A stretch of 64,000 nt of DNA, taken from assembly GCF_009914755.1 (NCBI RefSeq), contig NC_060947.1; one strand, given 5' to 3'. Shown here one piece after another: positions 40,401 through 53,544 of the stretch (position 1 is the stretch's first letter; every line of letters begins with the position of its first letter). The notes under the pieces are model-generated. The model made no database searches. It saw nothing but the letters and a program-made list of their open reading frames with translations, and was not told the DNA's origin. The stretch is from the human T2T-CHM13v2.0 reference genome, Homo sapiens. Made by a program: the position numbers and the translations under genes.

Positions 40401-40749
40401 TAGACAATTGGTCTTAGAAAGTGTAGTTCAGTTATCTTCTACTGCTGAGGTCCTCTGGGAACCTATTCCTCCCTCCCAACTCTGGGCCTGCCTCCACAAG
40501 CCAGAGACTGTCTATAACCTCAGCCACCTATAACTGCCCTCCAAAACACCAATACTCTGGGAGGAGCAGGCCAAGAGTGGGGTGCCCAGCTTTTCCTCTC
40601 ACCATGTTAAAGAGGCGGTGGAAGGGAATGGAGGGGAGGGATTATGTACTCACTAGGGGAAGATCAAATGTATGCCGTAGAAATGTCCCATTTTCCTCTT
40701 TATTATTCTTTTAATAAAAACGGCAACACAACAGTACAAATACAATATT

Positions 40750-41022
40750 AAATGCCAGCTGACACTTGGCCCCATGATGAGGGTATGGAAAGAGTGGCGA
40801 GGACTGGGGTGACCTGGAGATCCCATCCCTCATCCATAAGGGGTACTGCTACTTAGCGTCAGCTAATTATTGTTGGGTGGGCCCTTCAGGTCCAGGGTTG
40901 CCAGGTAGGATTTTTCAAGAGAAGACAAACATCCAGATTCTTATATAAAATCTGAGGATTTTAAAGTGTTAACAATGAATTAAAGTGCTTTGAAAACACT
41001 GTGTAGGTCAAACAAAACACCC
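40750..41022. mobile_element. MER102-like hAT-Charlie element
   Basis: GTTGCCAGG...TTTTTCAAGAGAAG...ATCCAGATTCTTATATAAAATCT...AAAACACTGTGTAGGTCAAACAAAACAC. Confidence 0.7.
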
Positions 41023-41091
41023 TTCCTTCCTAGCCGGGAGGCCTTTGGGCAAGTAACTTAACCTCTTGATCCTAAGTTTCCTAATATGTAA

Positions 41092-41433
<342 letters not shown>

Positions 41434-41966
41434 GCAATGCCTACTTCAGAGACTAATTATGAGGATTAAATGAGGTACTATAACTGAAATGCCTGTCACA
41501 TAGTAAGTGATTAATACATGATAGCTATTAGGATGATTATTATTCCTAAAAGTTTATCTCTTACCTGAGGAGCACCTCTTTCTAGTTGATTGACAGCAAA
41601 TATCTATCCTTCACCTCTAGTTAGACCCCATGGCTTCCTTAATCAGGGCAATTTAGCTCCACCCTTGCAGGCAGAAAATATTAAAGATACACTTACACAG
41701 CAATTGGCAAGCATGTGCATATGGGGAGAGAGATGTGTTTCTTTCTTTATACCCCTTCCCACAGCAACCTCAGTGATGTCTAATTTATTAAGCTAGTCCA
41801 CAGCATGGGGGAAGGATTGCAAAGGCCTGCAGAATGGAAGAAACTGAGGCATGGAAGCTAGGGCCATAGTTCACATCCACTCTACCTTCAGTTCCTATTG
41901 GGGAGGCCAAAGGTTTTTAAAGAAAGCTCTTGGCCACTAAAGCCAATTCTCTTGTCTCCTATTTTT

Positions 41967-42275
<309 letters not shown>

Positions 42276-42304
42276 TGTCTCCTATTTTTATATCTTCTTT
42301 TCAG

Positions 42305-42395
42305 GCAGTGGTGCTCACCCCTGGCTGCACCTTAGAATCACCTGGACAGCTTGTAAAAAATACTGACATAGGGGCCTGACCCTCAGAGGTTTTAT
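42305..42395. mobile_element. MER5A-like fragment
   Basis: CAGTGGTGCTCACCCCTGGCTGCACCTTAGAATCACCTGG. Confidence 0.7.
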
Positions 42396-44064
42396 GACTG
42401 CTTACACAATAGTAAGCAAAATATATATGTGTCTGTGTGCGTATGTACACTTTTCTGGGGACTCAGTTGGGGCCTCAAAGGGGCAGTGCAGAAGATGAAT
42501 GACATAAGCGTGTGGGGTGCCATGGGAATGAGCTGTGCTTCTAGGCCAGCTTGGACATCACACAGTAGCTATCCATGCAAAAAAGCCTTCTCACCTCTCC
42601 AAGCCTCAGTTTCCTCACTCATTCCACAGGGATCAGGAATCACTCCTGCCTCATATCCTCTGGTGATTTTGAGGATGTGGTGAACTTACTACATAACATA
42701 TAAGAAGTGTTTTCAAAAGCCCAGCCCCCCTCTCCACAGGGGAGGGCACATTATTACAAGGTTAAGGAGGGTGTGGGTGGGGAGGCAACAGAGGCAGCAG
42801 GGAGCAGCACTACACATTGAGAAAAGGCCATGCACGTTAACAAAGCAGCTCACAAATGAGAGCAAATTAATACCGGGCCCAGCGAGAACAGAACATTCGC
42901 ACCACAGGGGCAAAGCACCCATTGGAGCAGCTAGGCCTTGGCAGGGAGAAGGATGTGGAATTGCAGAGGGAGGAAAGAGAGGGGCCAAGTGAGGGGGATT
43001 TTCAGTGCTAGGGAGGCTTGCTCCGGCTACGAGCAGAAAGGAAGAGGTTAGCTATGAAGGAGGGAAAAAGAATAGCAGCAAGTACCCCAGGTGGGCCTGG
43101 GGGTCAGTCAGGAACACCTGACAGCCCTTGGATGAGGAAACCAGTTGTTGCAGGGGTAATAGCAAGAAGGAATATCCCTGCAACTTCAACATATTTGGCC
43201 TCATCCCCTGGCAACTGGATCCAGGACACAGGGCTGAGGGTCACCAGGGCAGCTGCACTAACTACGGAGCCAGTCCCCTCCCGATCCTCCACCCCTGCTG
43301 CCTACTTTGCCTTCATTCTGTGAAACAACCAGGGTCCATCTGACTCAGAGGCAGGAAGTCGGGCACCAATTCAAAAAAGCCCTTAAAAAAAACCAAAACA
43401 ATGACAACAACAACGAAAGGATCCCCACCAAAAAAAAGCCCTTGACAAATCTTCATAGAGAAATGGCCTGGGAATGGAGAGGGGCATTGAACTAGAATGG
43501 AATCCTGGACTAGAGTGATATTTAAAATCTTGTATTGCCTATATGGCAGGTGCACTGACGAAGCAGTGTTCTGGAAGGCCCCTATGGGGCCAGGCATTAA
43601 CCCCTAAGCTGCCGGATCTGAAGCAGTGTTGGGGGTGTGCCAGGACAATTAGGGACACTCAGAGGGGTTTGAAGCAGCAGTTGTTTACCCATCACTAAGT
43701 AAGGAATGTAAGATTTGAACAAGTGGGATGGTGGTATAGGTGCTCATGGAGGGAATGTCAGCCCTCATCCTAGGGCAGATATAATTAGTCATGGGGGGAA
43801 TGGGGGGGTTTCACAGGCACATAGCTACCACTGGGAGGCTGAGGGGTACAAGAAAGAGTGGAGGCAATGAACGAATTCTCCCTTTGCTCTCATAGCAAAG
43901 GGTGGGTCAGACACTGGCTGCACTGTTGAATAGCAGCACCAAGCCCATGTCCATAGTGCCAGCCCTGCCTCTCTGTTTAACCCCCATGCCTACACAGTGC
44001 CATGGCCAGAGTCCTGGAATCAGGGCCCACTCTTGGAGGAACATCACTCCCTTTCCATGCCACA

Positions 44065-44245
44065 CAGCTTAGAATGTGAGCTTATTAAAACAACAAGGAA
44101 CCCTGGAAATTAGCTAAGTCAGTGATCTCTTGATATATGGGGGAAACTGAGGCCTAGGAAGGGAAGGTGTGGGGTCATACCTCTAATTAGTGTAAGAGCT
44201 GGGATGAGCAGCAAGATGTCCCTGTTCCCAGCCTGGTGTATTTTC
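44065..44245 (-). mobile_element. MIR-family SINE
   Basis: ATGGGGGAAACTGAGGCCTAGGAAGGGAAGG...CTAATTAGTGTAAGAGCTGGGA. Confidence 0.65.
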
Positions 44246-45884
44246 TATCGCCTTCTTTGCTATTATCTATCCCAAGTCTTCGTTATATTTGAGGGAAAAT
44301 ACCAGAATATCCTCAGGGCCAGCCTTACACATAGATAAACATGATGTGATCAAATGTCTCCTCAGTTGCCTGTCATTGTGCCTGAAATTTCACCATCAGT
44401 GATTCATTCATTTGGATCTTGAAGCTTTCTGGTCTTTCATGGGGGCACAGATCCCCTGACAACCACTGGGAGAAAGGCTTCGCAAATTAGACACAGGTTA
44501 TACAGTTGGGGAGAGCAGTGGCAGCTGGTCCAGTGAAGAAGTTGCAAGCTGGGGTAGGCATGGGAACTTAGGGCAAAAGTGAATCCAGGGTTCAGGCCAC
44601 CCTGATGGGCAAGGAAGGAGTATTTGATACGCCCACATCCAAAACTTCCATCAAACCCTAGCTTGAGCACTCAGAAAGCATTTCCCCAGGAGACCGCACA
44701 GTGACCTGGGAGGCCTGAATCACTGCTGTGTGGCCCATGCTGGGAAGAAGGGCAGGAGAGTGAAGGATAACATCAGCCTGTCTGGAGTGGCCGCAGTGGC
44801 ACTTTATTAAGAGGAACAGCCTGGATGAGATGGATGTGACAAGGGAATCTATGAAGACATTGAGAGGAGCCTCAGCCGCAAGAGGAACAGGCTCTGAGAC
44901 TGCCAAGGGAGGCTGGGTGTGGAGTCTGTCTGTTCCACACTTCCCCCAGGGACTTGCTGACTGCAGGTGCCTTGGCTCAAGGCCGGGTGCTTTCTGTTGC
45001 TCCCTCTGACTTCCATTCTGGTTCTGCTCCAGAGCTGTGCAGTGCAACTCCAGGCTTGCCTGTGGTTCCCAGGTTCCTTTTCTGCTCTGCCATCAGTTCT
45101 AGCGTTTTTATATCCAAGGGGCTTCAGGATTACAAACTAGTGGGAAGGAGAGGGGAAGGGAGGAGGCTAGTGGATTTGTCTGGAAACTGGTTTTGTCTGG
45201 CAAGACCCTATATTTCCTTACAGTGTGAATTTACTTGGGGTAGGAGAGAGTAGAAAAGAGTGCTTCTGGAAATTTGGGAAATTGTCTTGAAGCTATGTTT
45301 GCATAGCAAGCATAGTACTGTAATTTAGATTGTACGTATACTTGGGGTGGCTTATAGGGGGTGAGAAGAGCAAGCTAAAGACCTTCCCAAAGTCTCCACT
45401 AGTTCTGTTGTATATCTCAGCCATCTGGGCAGAATACAGAACCCCCAGCTTCCAACAAAATAAAGCATCCAGCCCCATGGCCAACCTCTGCTGTCTGACA
45501 TGAGCCCTGTGCTTTCTGAAATGGGTGTCTTTGGAGGCCTCAAGTGGTTTCTACCCAGACACCTGCAGTCCTTGAGTTGGGTGGGCTCAAGTGGGAAGAG
45601 GAGATTGCCATTGCCAATAATCAGAAAACCAGAGCCAAGTCTGCCCTGCTGGTTCCATTCACGTCCCCAAAACAATCTCCGAGGTTTAAGGCCAAGTCAT
45701 CACTAACTCGTGTGTCATGGGCACTGCTGAGGGAGAACGGTATTTCACAGAGCAGAGACTCCCACCCAGGTGCAGGCTGAGTGATTCAAGGAAGATGGAA
45801 TTTAGTGCAATCAATTTGGGACAGTCAGCCAGGATTTCTTTTAAGCTTTACTTTCCAGCAGCCCCCTCCCACCTTGGAGACAGA

Positions 45885-46130
45885 CTAATCCCTGACATTT
45901 GTCTAGTGGCTTTATACTTTTCAAAGCTCCTTCACATCTATTATCTCCATCGAACCACACAAATACTCCCATGAAGTAGGATAAGAAGGTGTTATTATCC
46001 CTGTTTGACCAACAAGAAAACTGAAGTCCCCAAAGGATACATGACTCATCCAGGGTCACACAGTTATGTAGTCAAAGAACTAGTGATTCAAATGTGTTTC
46101 CTAACTTCCAGCCCTGTAATTTTTCCACCT
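45885..46130 (-). mobile_element. MIR SINE
   Basis: TTATTATCCCTGTTTGACC...GAAAACTGAAGTCCCC...TGACTCATCCAGGGTCACACAG. Confidence 0.7.
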
Positions 46131-46224
46131 CCATGCAGACTCCCCTCCATGGAACCACAAAGGTGCCCTGCTTCTAGCACAGTGCCTAGCGTAAAGTAGA
46201 TGCTAGTAAATATTTGCTAAATGA

Positions 46225-46321
46225 CCAGGAGGCAGAGGTTGCAGTGAGCTGAGATCGTGCCACTACACTCTAGCCTGGACAATAGAGACAGACCTTGTCT
46301 CAAAATAAATAAATACCTAAA
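46225..46321 (+). mobile_element. Severely 5'-truncated Alu (end of right arm only) in an L2 tail
   Basis: CCAGGAGGCAGAGGTTGCAGTGAGC...GTCTCAAAATAAAT; perfect 18-bp TSD TAAATATTTGCTAAATGA at 46207-46224 and 46322-46339. Confidence 0.92.
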
Positions 46322-47384
46322 TAAATATTTGCTAAATGAATGACTGCATGAATAAGCTGGGGCAAAGCTGAAAGAAATACGAGTTCTAAAAGTGCTCTTT
46401 TTAAAATTATCAAACTAAGAAGGGGCAGGAAATGTTGTGTTATTTCATCATTTTGACCAGAAGGAAGGCATAAGATATCTTTCTCATTTCACAAATGCCA
46501 TTGCCAAGGCATGAAGATTGGGGTAGCTCCCATACAGAGGCCATGGAGCTTAATGTCCCAACAAAGCTGCCTTCCACTCATCCTTTAAAAAGGAATGGGT
46601 GGTGTGAGTCCTTACTCCAGTAGCAGGAAGGAGTCAGAATCAGCCCCATGGGACGAGGATTCTCTCCACGTTGTCTCTGCAAGCCCTGTCTCTCCCCATG
46701 TCCCCTAACAGTGGCTCCAGAAGTTCTGCCATGGAAGGGGTGTCTGAGAACACTGGTTGCCTGCTCCTTTAGGACTGCTGCACCGTCACCCCCTAGACAC
46801 TTCTAGCATAACCCAGACCTCGAAGACTCAGTGACTGTCTCCTGGAATGCCACCTGGACTGAGACTTCTTCCTTTTCTTTTTTCTGTCTCCCATAGCGTC
46901 TGGCACATAGTAGGTCCATAATAAATATGGGATTAATGAATTGTCTGAGGTAAAGAGGGATGGCCACTCCCTGGCTCTAGGCACTGCAGTCAGGATCCTG
47001 CCTGCCAGGGCCCCATCTCCACAGGCAAACTGACTTAGAGTTGCCGTTTGTTCCCAATCCAGTCAGAAAAAAATGGGGAAAGTGGAGGTAGGGACACAGG
47101 TATTCAAATGCTGCTTTGCAATAGCACAAGGTAGCTTTTGAGACAGGTAGCCCGGAATTTGAGATCCTTTGGGGTTTAAATCAGTCCCACCACATATTAT
47201 TAGTGCTTGTACTGGGGGCTCTTTGCTTTGCTCCTCTGAGCCTCAATTTTATTTTCCGTACAATGGAGAGGATGCTGGAATGAGAAAATAATGGATGTAA
47301 AGCACAGTGCCTGGCACTTAGTAAGTAAGCAAGTGGCAGCTGGATTGTCTGCATATCTATGTCCTCCCAGCCTATCCCTTCCCA

Positions 47385-48420
47385 GGTCCCCCGAGTGGGC
47401 TGGTCCCCGGTGGCGAGGGGAGGGGTCCTCCTGGGGGCGCCGACTGTCCCGGGCGGCGGCCGGATTGCGGGTGGGTGAGAGGCAGCAGACGCCGTGTTTA
47501 CAGCTCTCTCGCTAGTTCGCCACCTCAGCCGCGGCTCTAGGGCTGAGCCAGTCGCCTCCTTCTTTAAGATTCTGGTCACAGCAGGGGCTGGGTTTCTAAG
47601 GCAGGTTTCTAAGGTGTCTTCCTACAGACACCGCTGCTGCTACCTTGCTACCTTCAGCGCTGGGCACAGCCAGGGGCAGCGCGAGAGGGAGGCAACGAGA
47701 GGGTTCCCGGGCCGGGCAGCAGCCCAGCCCCGGCCCGGAGGGGGGCCCGACGGTAAGTACTGCGCTCTGAGCAGCCGGGTTGGGGGGCACCTGACCATTG
47801 AGGCAGGGGTCTGTGGGGTTAGGGGGTCGGCAGTCGAGCGCTAGGGTCCTTACCGGCCCCTCAAAGTGACTTGAGGGCGGCGCTGGCATGGGCCCCCCTC
47901 CACCTGGTCTTTGGAGTGAGTTGGCGCGTCGGAAGCAGACATCCATCTCCGTCCCTCACCCCGAGATCCCAAGGATTCGTTTGGGTTGCCTGGCAGCCCT
48001 CCGGTCCTTTCGAGGCCACGAAAGAGGAAATTGGAAGGCAAGATACGCGGGGATGAAGTTTTGGACGCTGTTGGAAAAGTGGCGGCGCGAGCGGGAAGTT
48101 TTCCGCTGCGGGGTGCGGGGGATCGGGGAGATAAGGGGCGAGGGGAATCAGAAGCTGGGAGGGAAACCACCCGAGTGGAGCAGGGGCGGAGGCGGCCCCT
48201 CTGAGTGCTAGGACCCCACTCTCCCCGCCGTTACGCTTCGGAAGTGTCCGGGACTTCTAGCTGCCTCTCCCACCCCTGCCCCTCAGCGCCTCTGCTTCCA
48301 TGGGGCCGGGATACCCTAGCTGGCCTGCCCTCCGGTAGGGCGGGTTGGAGCCTCAGCGTTCGCGAAGCTCCGCGGGGTGGAGAAGCAAGACCACCCTTCG
48401 AGGTGGTGCACCAATCACAG
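47385..48420. promoter_or_regulatory. CpG island promoter
   Basis: Abrupt high GC and CpG density outside repeats; GC boxes (GGGGCGGAGG ~48183), ETS motif CGGAAGT ~48238, CCAATCA 48411, forkhead-type TGTTTAC ~47495. Confidence 0.9.
47470..47752 (+). other. Probable non-coding first exon (5' UTR) of a plus-strand gene; start approximate
   Basis: Within the CpG island, contains no ATG, ends at a strong donor ACG|GTAAGT (47752/47753). Confidence 0.7.
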
Positions 48421-48609
48421 AAATGTTAGCAATCGGGAATATGCAGGAGCATACCTATCACTTTCCTTTCTTAAGCTCTGTAAAACTCAGGGGAGAGGGG
48501 CCTGAGATCCTAAAGGCGAGTTTATCCTAACTCAGTCCCTTCTCAGAGAACACCCAGATCTTCCTTCTGTTCCTCCATCCCCAGTCACTCATTTTACTTA
48601 GAGTACTGA

Positions 48610-49345
48610 TGATCCTAGTAGCTACTATTATAACTATGTGCCCGACATTGTGCTAAGCTCTTTACCTAGTCCATGTACAGTAAGAGCAGTAGCTGGCATT
48701 CACTCAGTGCTTTCTGTGTGCCAGGCACAGTTCTAAGTGCTTAATATGCATTGCCTTGTTTAATCTTCACAACATCCTTATAGGGTAGATACTATCCCCA
48801 TTTTACGGATGAGGAAATTGAAGCACAGAGAGGTCCACAAGCCCAAGGTCCCACAGCCAGTGAGATGCAGACCTGGGATCTCAAAACAGTTTTACTTCAG
48901 CCCTCTCACTGTTAACTACTAGAAATATGATGAGAATTTGGCTTTAATGAAATAGTAAAATCGAGTTTGCTGTCCCTACAGCAAAGTGTATTTATTCTGT
49001 AGATCTAAAGTCATGGCCCAGGTGCAAAGAGTTTTGAATCAATTTTCAAATCATCCCCATTATTTCTCCTGTAGAGAAAGGCAAACCGAGTGCGCTATAA
49101 CAAGACAGCAGAATGTATTAGTAGGTGCCTAGTAATAATGATAACAGTAATTGCTAATAGCAGTTACTGATTGAGCACTTACTTTGCACCAGCACTTCAT
49201 GTATATTTAATCTTCACATAGGTGCTTTGAAGTAGGCACCCCATGAACCCCATTTTGTAGATGAAGGAACTGAGGCTCAAGAGGTTAACCAATTTGCCAC
49301 AGATTTGGGATTCCAGCCCAGATCACTAACTCCAGAGCTCAAGTT
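48610..49345 (-). mobile_element. Cluster of MIR SINEs
   Basis: TGTGTGCCAGGCACAGTTCTAAGTGC...CCCCATTTTACGGATGAGGAAATTGAAGCACAGAGAGG; second copy CCCATTTTGTAGATGAAGGAACTGAGGCTC. Confidence 0.85.
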
Positions 49346-50469
49346 GGAACTACCCTTTAGAAGATCTGTGCATGAGACAGAGATTTGTCTTCCCTACAGT
49401 CCCCTCCTCCCCCAAGCCAGTTGCCCAGAGCTCTACACTATGCTCTCCATTCCCCAGCCCCTCTTTGCACTAAGGAAGTGATTGTACAGGTTGGCGGAGA
49501 GAGGGCTTCCTAGAGAAGATGGAGTGTTCTGCATGGATTTGGGTTTTGTTGTTGTACTAAGTGCCATGCCTGTAACATCAATAAGTTGTTCTGCTTTATA
49601 ATTTTTATTAATTAGACAAGTGTCTGGTCTGCTGGCTTGGAGTTGTTAATACGATATTATGGCTCTATCTGAGTACCTTTATTAGGAATTATTTTCTGAA
49701 AAGTTTTTAGAGCCTTACTTGCAATACTGGGCAAAGCCATCTTCCTACCTCCTGGGGAGGGAGGGGGGACTTGTTTCTTGGATATAAGTAATAGTATTGC
49801 TGTGCTCATTGATATTCGCCCCGCTCCCCCCAGCTTGGCCTCTGTGAGCTGAAACCTGAAACCTGAATGTGGCCAGGTCCCTTGCTGATGTTCCTGTGTC
49901 ACATCTGGCCCTGCAGCTGGGTTATTTATAGCTCCTCACTGTTGGCCCTGGCCCATTCATAGAGCTGGCTCCGCAAAGACCCTCTTCAATGTGGGCATAA
50001 TGGGGTATGTGAGCTTTATAGCTTTGGTCTCTATTACTCTGGCTGGATCTCAATGCATCTGCTGGTGGTCCACCCTTCCTGCCTCCTCTCATGAGAGGGA
50101 GACCTTCCATGTGTAGCTTTGGGGTGGTGCGTTAGATATGTGGCTGGCAAGTCCAGTGCTGGGCTGTGCCCCGGTTGTCTCTGTGGCCTCTTCAGAGTGC
50201 ACTGTACCATTTCATAAGGTGACATGAAAGGAGTCAGTGGGTAGCATTACTCCTTGAATTAAACATTCCCTTCAGTTTTGCCTGAATTTTTTCTATGATT
50301 TCTTTTTATGATTGTAGTGACTTAAACACCTAGAGGTTTCCCTCTTTACTGAATCTTCTTAACTTTTCATTTGCTGTCAGGTTTGACATTCCTTTCCTGG
50401 AATGTCCTTCTCACCTTTGGTGAGAGGAGGGAGTGGTGGTCTTCTGCTGGGAGTCACAGCACAGTTGGG

Positions 50470-50700
50470 GCATAGTCTCTTCTGTGCTTACATAGCATCC
50501 TCTGCTGCCCTCTGTGGTACCAGGTAACACATGGTTTTATATTAGTCTGTTTACATACCTGCCTCCACCTTAGACTGCAATCTCCCTAAGGGAACAGACT
50601 GGGCCTTAATTTATCTCCATATCTCAGCACTATGCTGGGCACATAGTAGGTGCTCAGTAAACTTTTATTACATATATTAATGAATGAATGAATGAATGCT
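50470..50700 (+). mobile_element. L2 LINE 3' end
   Basis: TAGACTGCAATCTCCCTAAGGG...GGCACATAGTAGGTGCTCAGTAAA...(ATGA)n. Confidence 0.8.
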
Positions 50701-52783
50701 ATCTAAAAGCTGGTGGAGGAAGCCCTGATTCACAGTAAGGGACTCTGCTATTATTACCCTTATAAGAAGGGAGACATCAGAGCAGAGCTTGCATTCTTCC
50801 ATAACAGAGAGCCCCAGCTCTGTGGATTTTAATTATTGAAAGAAAAAAATAAAACAAAAAACAAAACAAAAATTGTAATCCCCAAACCTGAATACTTAGG
50901 GAATGGATTTTCTGATTAATAGATTGTTTCTGAGTAACTGAAGGTTGGGCCAAAAAAAAAATCGTTTTTCCTACTCTTTTTGATTCTTCCTAAAATGCCT
51001 GGGTCTGCTTTTCTACCTTAGTGAGTCAAGTCTGGGGTCCATCATCAAATCAGTGTTGCCAGATAGAGAGCTTGTGGGTTCTCAGGATTCCCTAGGATTC
51101 TGTTTCTCCCAAGCCTGGTTGTATAGTAGGATGCAATCTTCTTCCCCACCCACTCCCTGCCTGTCCCTGATGCATCCAAAGACGAGCCCACAGGTGCTCT
51201 GAGGTTTGTAATTTCTCTGTCACTCACCTTCAGGAAACAGACAGGGTTTTCCCAGCTACCAACGTGGGGGAGGTACAGAGTGTTTTGGTGCTAACTCATG
51301 CCCTCTGTGCTAATGGTTCAGCATAGCACGTGCTCTTGCCCTTGGTTTTTATTCTTAGGTGGAGGGTTCACCAACTTCATTCCCCTTTTCTGACCACTGT
51401 TTAAGAAAGACCTTATAATTCTTCCCTCCCTCTCAGCAGGAAGATGCAATTAGGCAGAATAAAAGGTGTCTCATTGTCCTGAGGCTGCTGTTGGTGTTTC
51501 TGGCTGCCTCCAGACAAGGTGACATGAGTTTACCAGGCCTCTGTTCATGTACCTTCCTTTGATCACTGGCTTTTTGGCCTAATTTTTGCCCTGTCCCTGG
51601 ACTGTGCTCCTGATTGGACAATTCAGAGATGGTGCACTGGAAGGAGTCAGGGGTTGCTCCCTCACAGGAAGTCAGCTTGGCAACTGCTGGGCGTAAGTCC
51701 TTGGCTTCAGATACAACCTGCATCATCTCAGGCAAGAGGGAGGAGCAGGTAGACATCTAGGCAAAGCGTTGAGATAGATGTGCCTTTCTCTGTCCAGCTC
51801 AGGCTAGACTGGCCTGCCCCTCTCTTCACAAGTTCCCCAAAGGGGCATGGGAGTTGAGGATGGAGGATAGAACCTAGAGTCCCAACGGAGCCAGACATGA
51901 GAGAGGGAGTGAGAGAAAGGCCTACTCATTGTCTATGCCGGGTCAGCTATGCTTCTTGCTTCCCAACTCATCTTTCCCCAGCAACCCCCTCATCTACTCA
52001 GGCTATTGTGTTCATGCCTCGTGCCACATATGCCTGTTCCCTTCTGTCTCTGGGCCTGTTCTCAGTGCCCTCCGTCTCCACTTGCTCAAATCTGGCCCTT
52101 CCTGCCATACCCAGCTGCAGTCATCTTCTAGAAAGCTTCCCCCTGCTGCTTCTGGAAATCAGCAGAGGGTGGGCAAGGGGGAAGTCAGTAACCTCCAAGC
52201 TCCCTGCCAACTCTGAGATTCTCCAGGAGTTTGATGAGCATCAGGGGTTGGGGGCATGGAAGGCTGGTGGCCCAGGCCATCGATGCCTTAGTAGCCTCAC
52301 AGGAAGGAAGCAGATGGCACAGCCAGCCAGCTGAGTAGGCCCACATTTGGCTTCAGGAGGCTTTGCCCAGAGCCCTGTGCAGCAGGCACCTGCCAAACAG
52401 CCCCCAGAGGGGTGCTATTTGAGCCCTGGGTCTTTGGCTGCTGGAGGCAGCTACTTGTTGGGAAGTTCCCAGAAGCTCCTGCCCACACCTGCTCCCCCTG
52501 TCTGCCCTCCAAGGTTTGTTTACAGTTCGGCCTTTGACAGGCTGAAGTCTGAGATCTAAGAGGAGAGAGAGATCTGGGTGGCCGGGGACCCTCTTCTGGC
52601 TTAGCATTCTGTGCCAGGGCTCTGCAGCCCAGCTTGGCCTCGGAGAGATGTGTTCACTGAGGGGAAGAATTCAGGCCTGCTGATCTTTTCCCTGCCAACT
52701 CCACTTTTCCCATCATGACCATTCCCTCCACCTTCTGGAATTCTCTCCACTTCCTACTTTCTTTTTTTTTTGATCTCCTCTTT

Positions 52784-52828
52784 CACACACACACACACGC
52801 GCACACACACACACACTCACACTCACAC
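52784..52828. repeat. Imperfect (CA)n microsatellite
   Basis: Directly visible. Confidence 0.9.
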
Positions 52829-53411
52829 TACAGCCTCCGGTGAGTGGGAAATTGGCCTAAGTCAGGAAGGTGTCCTGGGTCTCTTCCTCATGCCGTTTCT
52901 GATTTGCCCCTTGCCTGCTGCATCCCCATCTGTGAGATGGGGAGGGTGCAGTTAGGCTCTCAGTATGGCAAAATAGCAGTCCCCTCCCCTAGAGCTTCAT
53001 CACCCAAGGTCCTCTACCAGAAGACTGTCATTACCATGTGGCCCTTTAGCAGTGGTGGGAGCCCTGAGGGCAGAGCTGGTGGGGGGCAGCTCAAGAGCAT
53101 TTTTAAAAGAGCAGGTGAAGAACTGGGGAGCACCTCCAAAAAGCCACGACAATCAGAAGTGGCTGCATAGCTTCTGCAGTGCTTGCCTTCCCCAAGCCTA
53201 AACTTTCCTCTTCACCGTCTGCAAGGCCCTCCTCTTGTCTCATTTCTCCTCTTTGTCTTGTTTTCATGGCCTCTCTTTTCCTCTCCTCCTTTGCTCTGCC
53301 TGGTCCCCTTTCCTGCTCAGCTGTCTTCCCCTCTTGACTGTGTCTTTCCCTTCATTCCTCATCTCTCCCGTTCTGGCTCAGTCAATCCCTATATATCTCT
53401 GCCTCTTTCAG

Positions 53412-53544
53412 AATTAGTTGGTGTGGTACATGGAGGGTGGGGGCTGGGGTGCCCAGGGCTCCTTGGTGTGACATGACAACTCCTTCAAGCTCCTATGAAT
53501 ATTTCATTGCTCCAGTTCCCCCTTGCTGCCTCTGCCAGTGACAG
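53412..53544 (+). other. Candidate internal exon (133 nt) of the plus-strand transcript
   Basis: ~230-nt pyrimidine-rich tract ending ctctttcag| and a perfect donor CAG|GTGAGT. Confidence 0.4.

Noticed and set aside
47385-48420. Naming the host gene, and ORFs across the CpG island
   Set aside because: No coding exon is visible, so any gene symbol would be a guess; the ORFs reflect stop-codon scarcity in GC-rich DNA
51897-52334. 145-aa intronic ORF with a hydrophobic stretch
   Set aside because: Ser/Pro/Leu-rich composition typical of non-coding DNA; no family recognised
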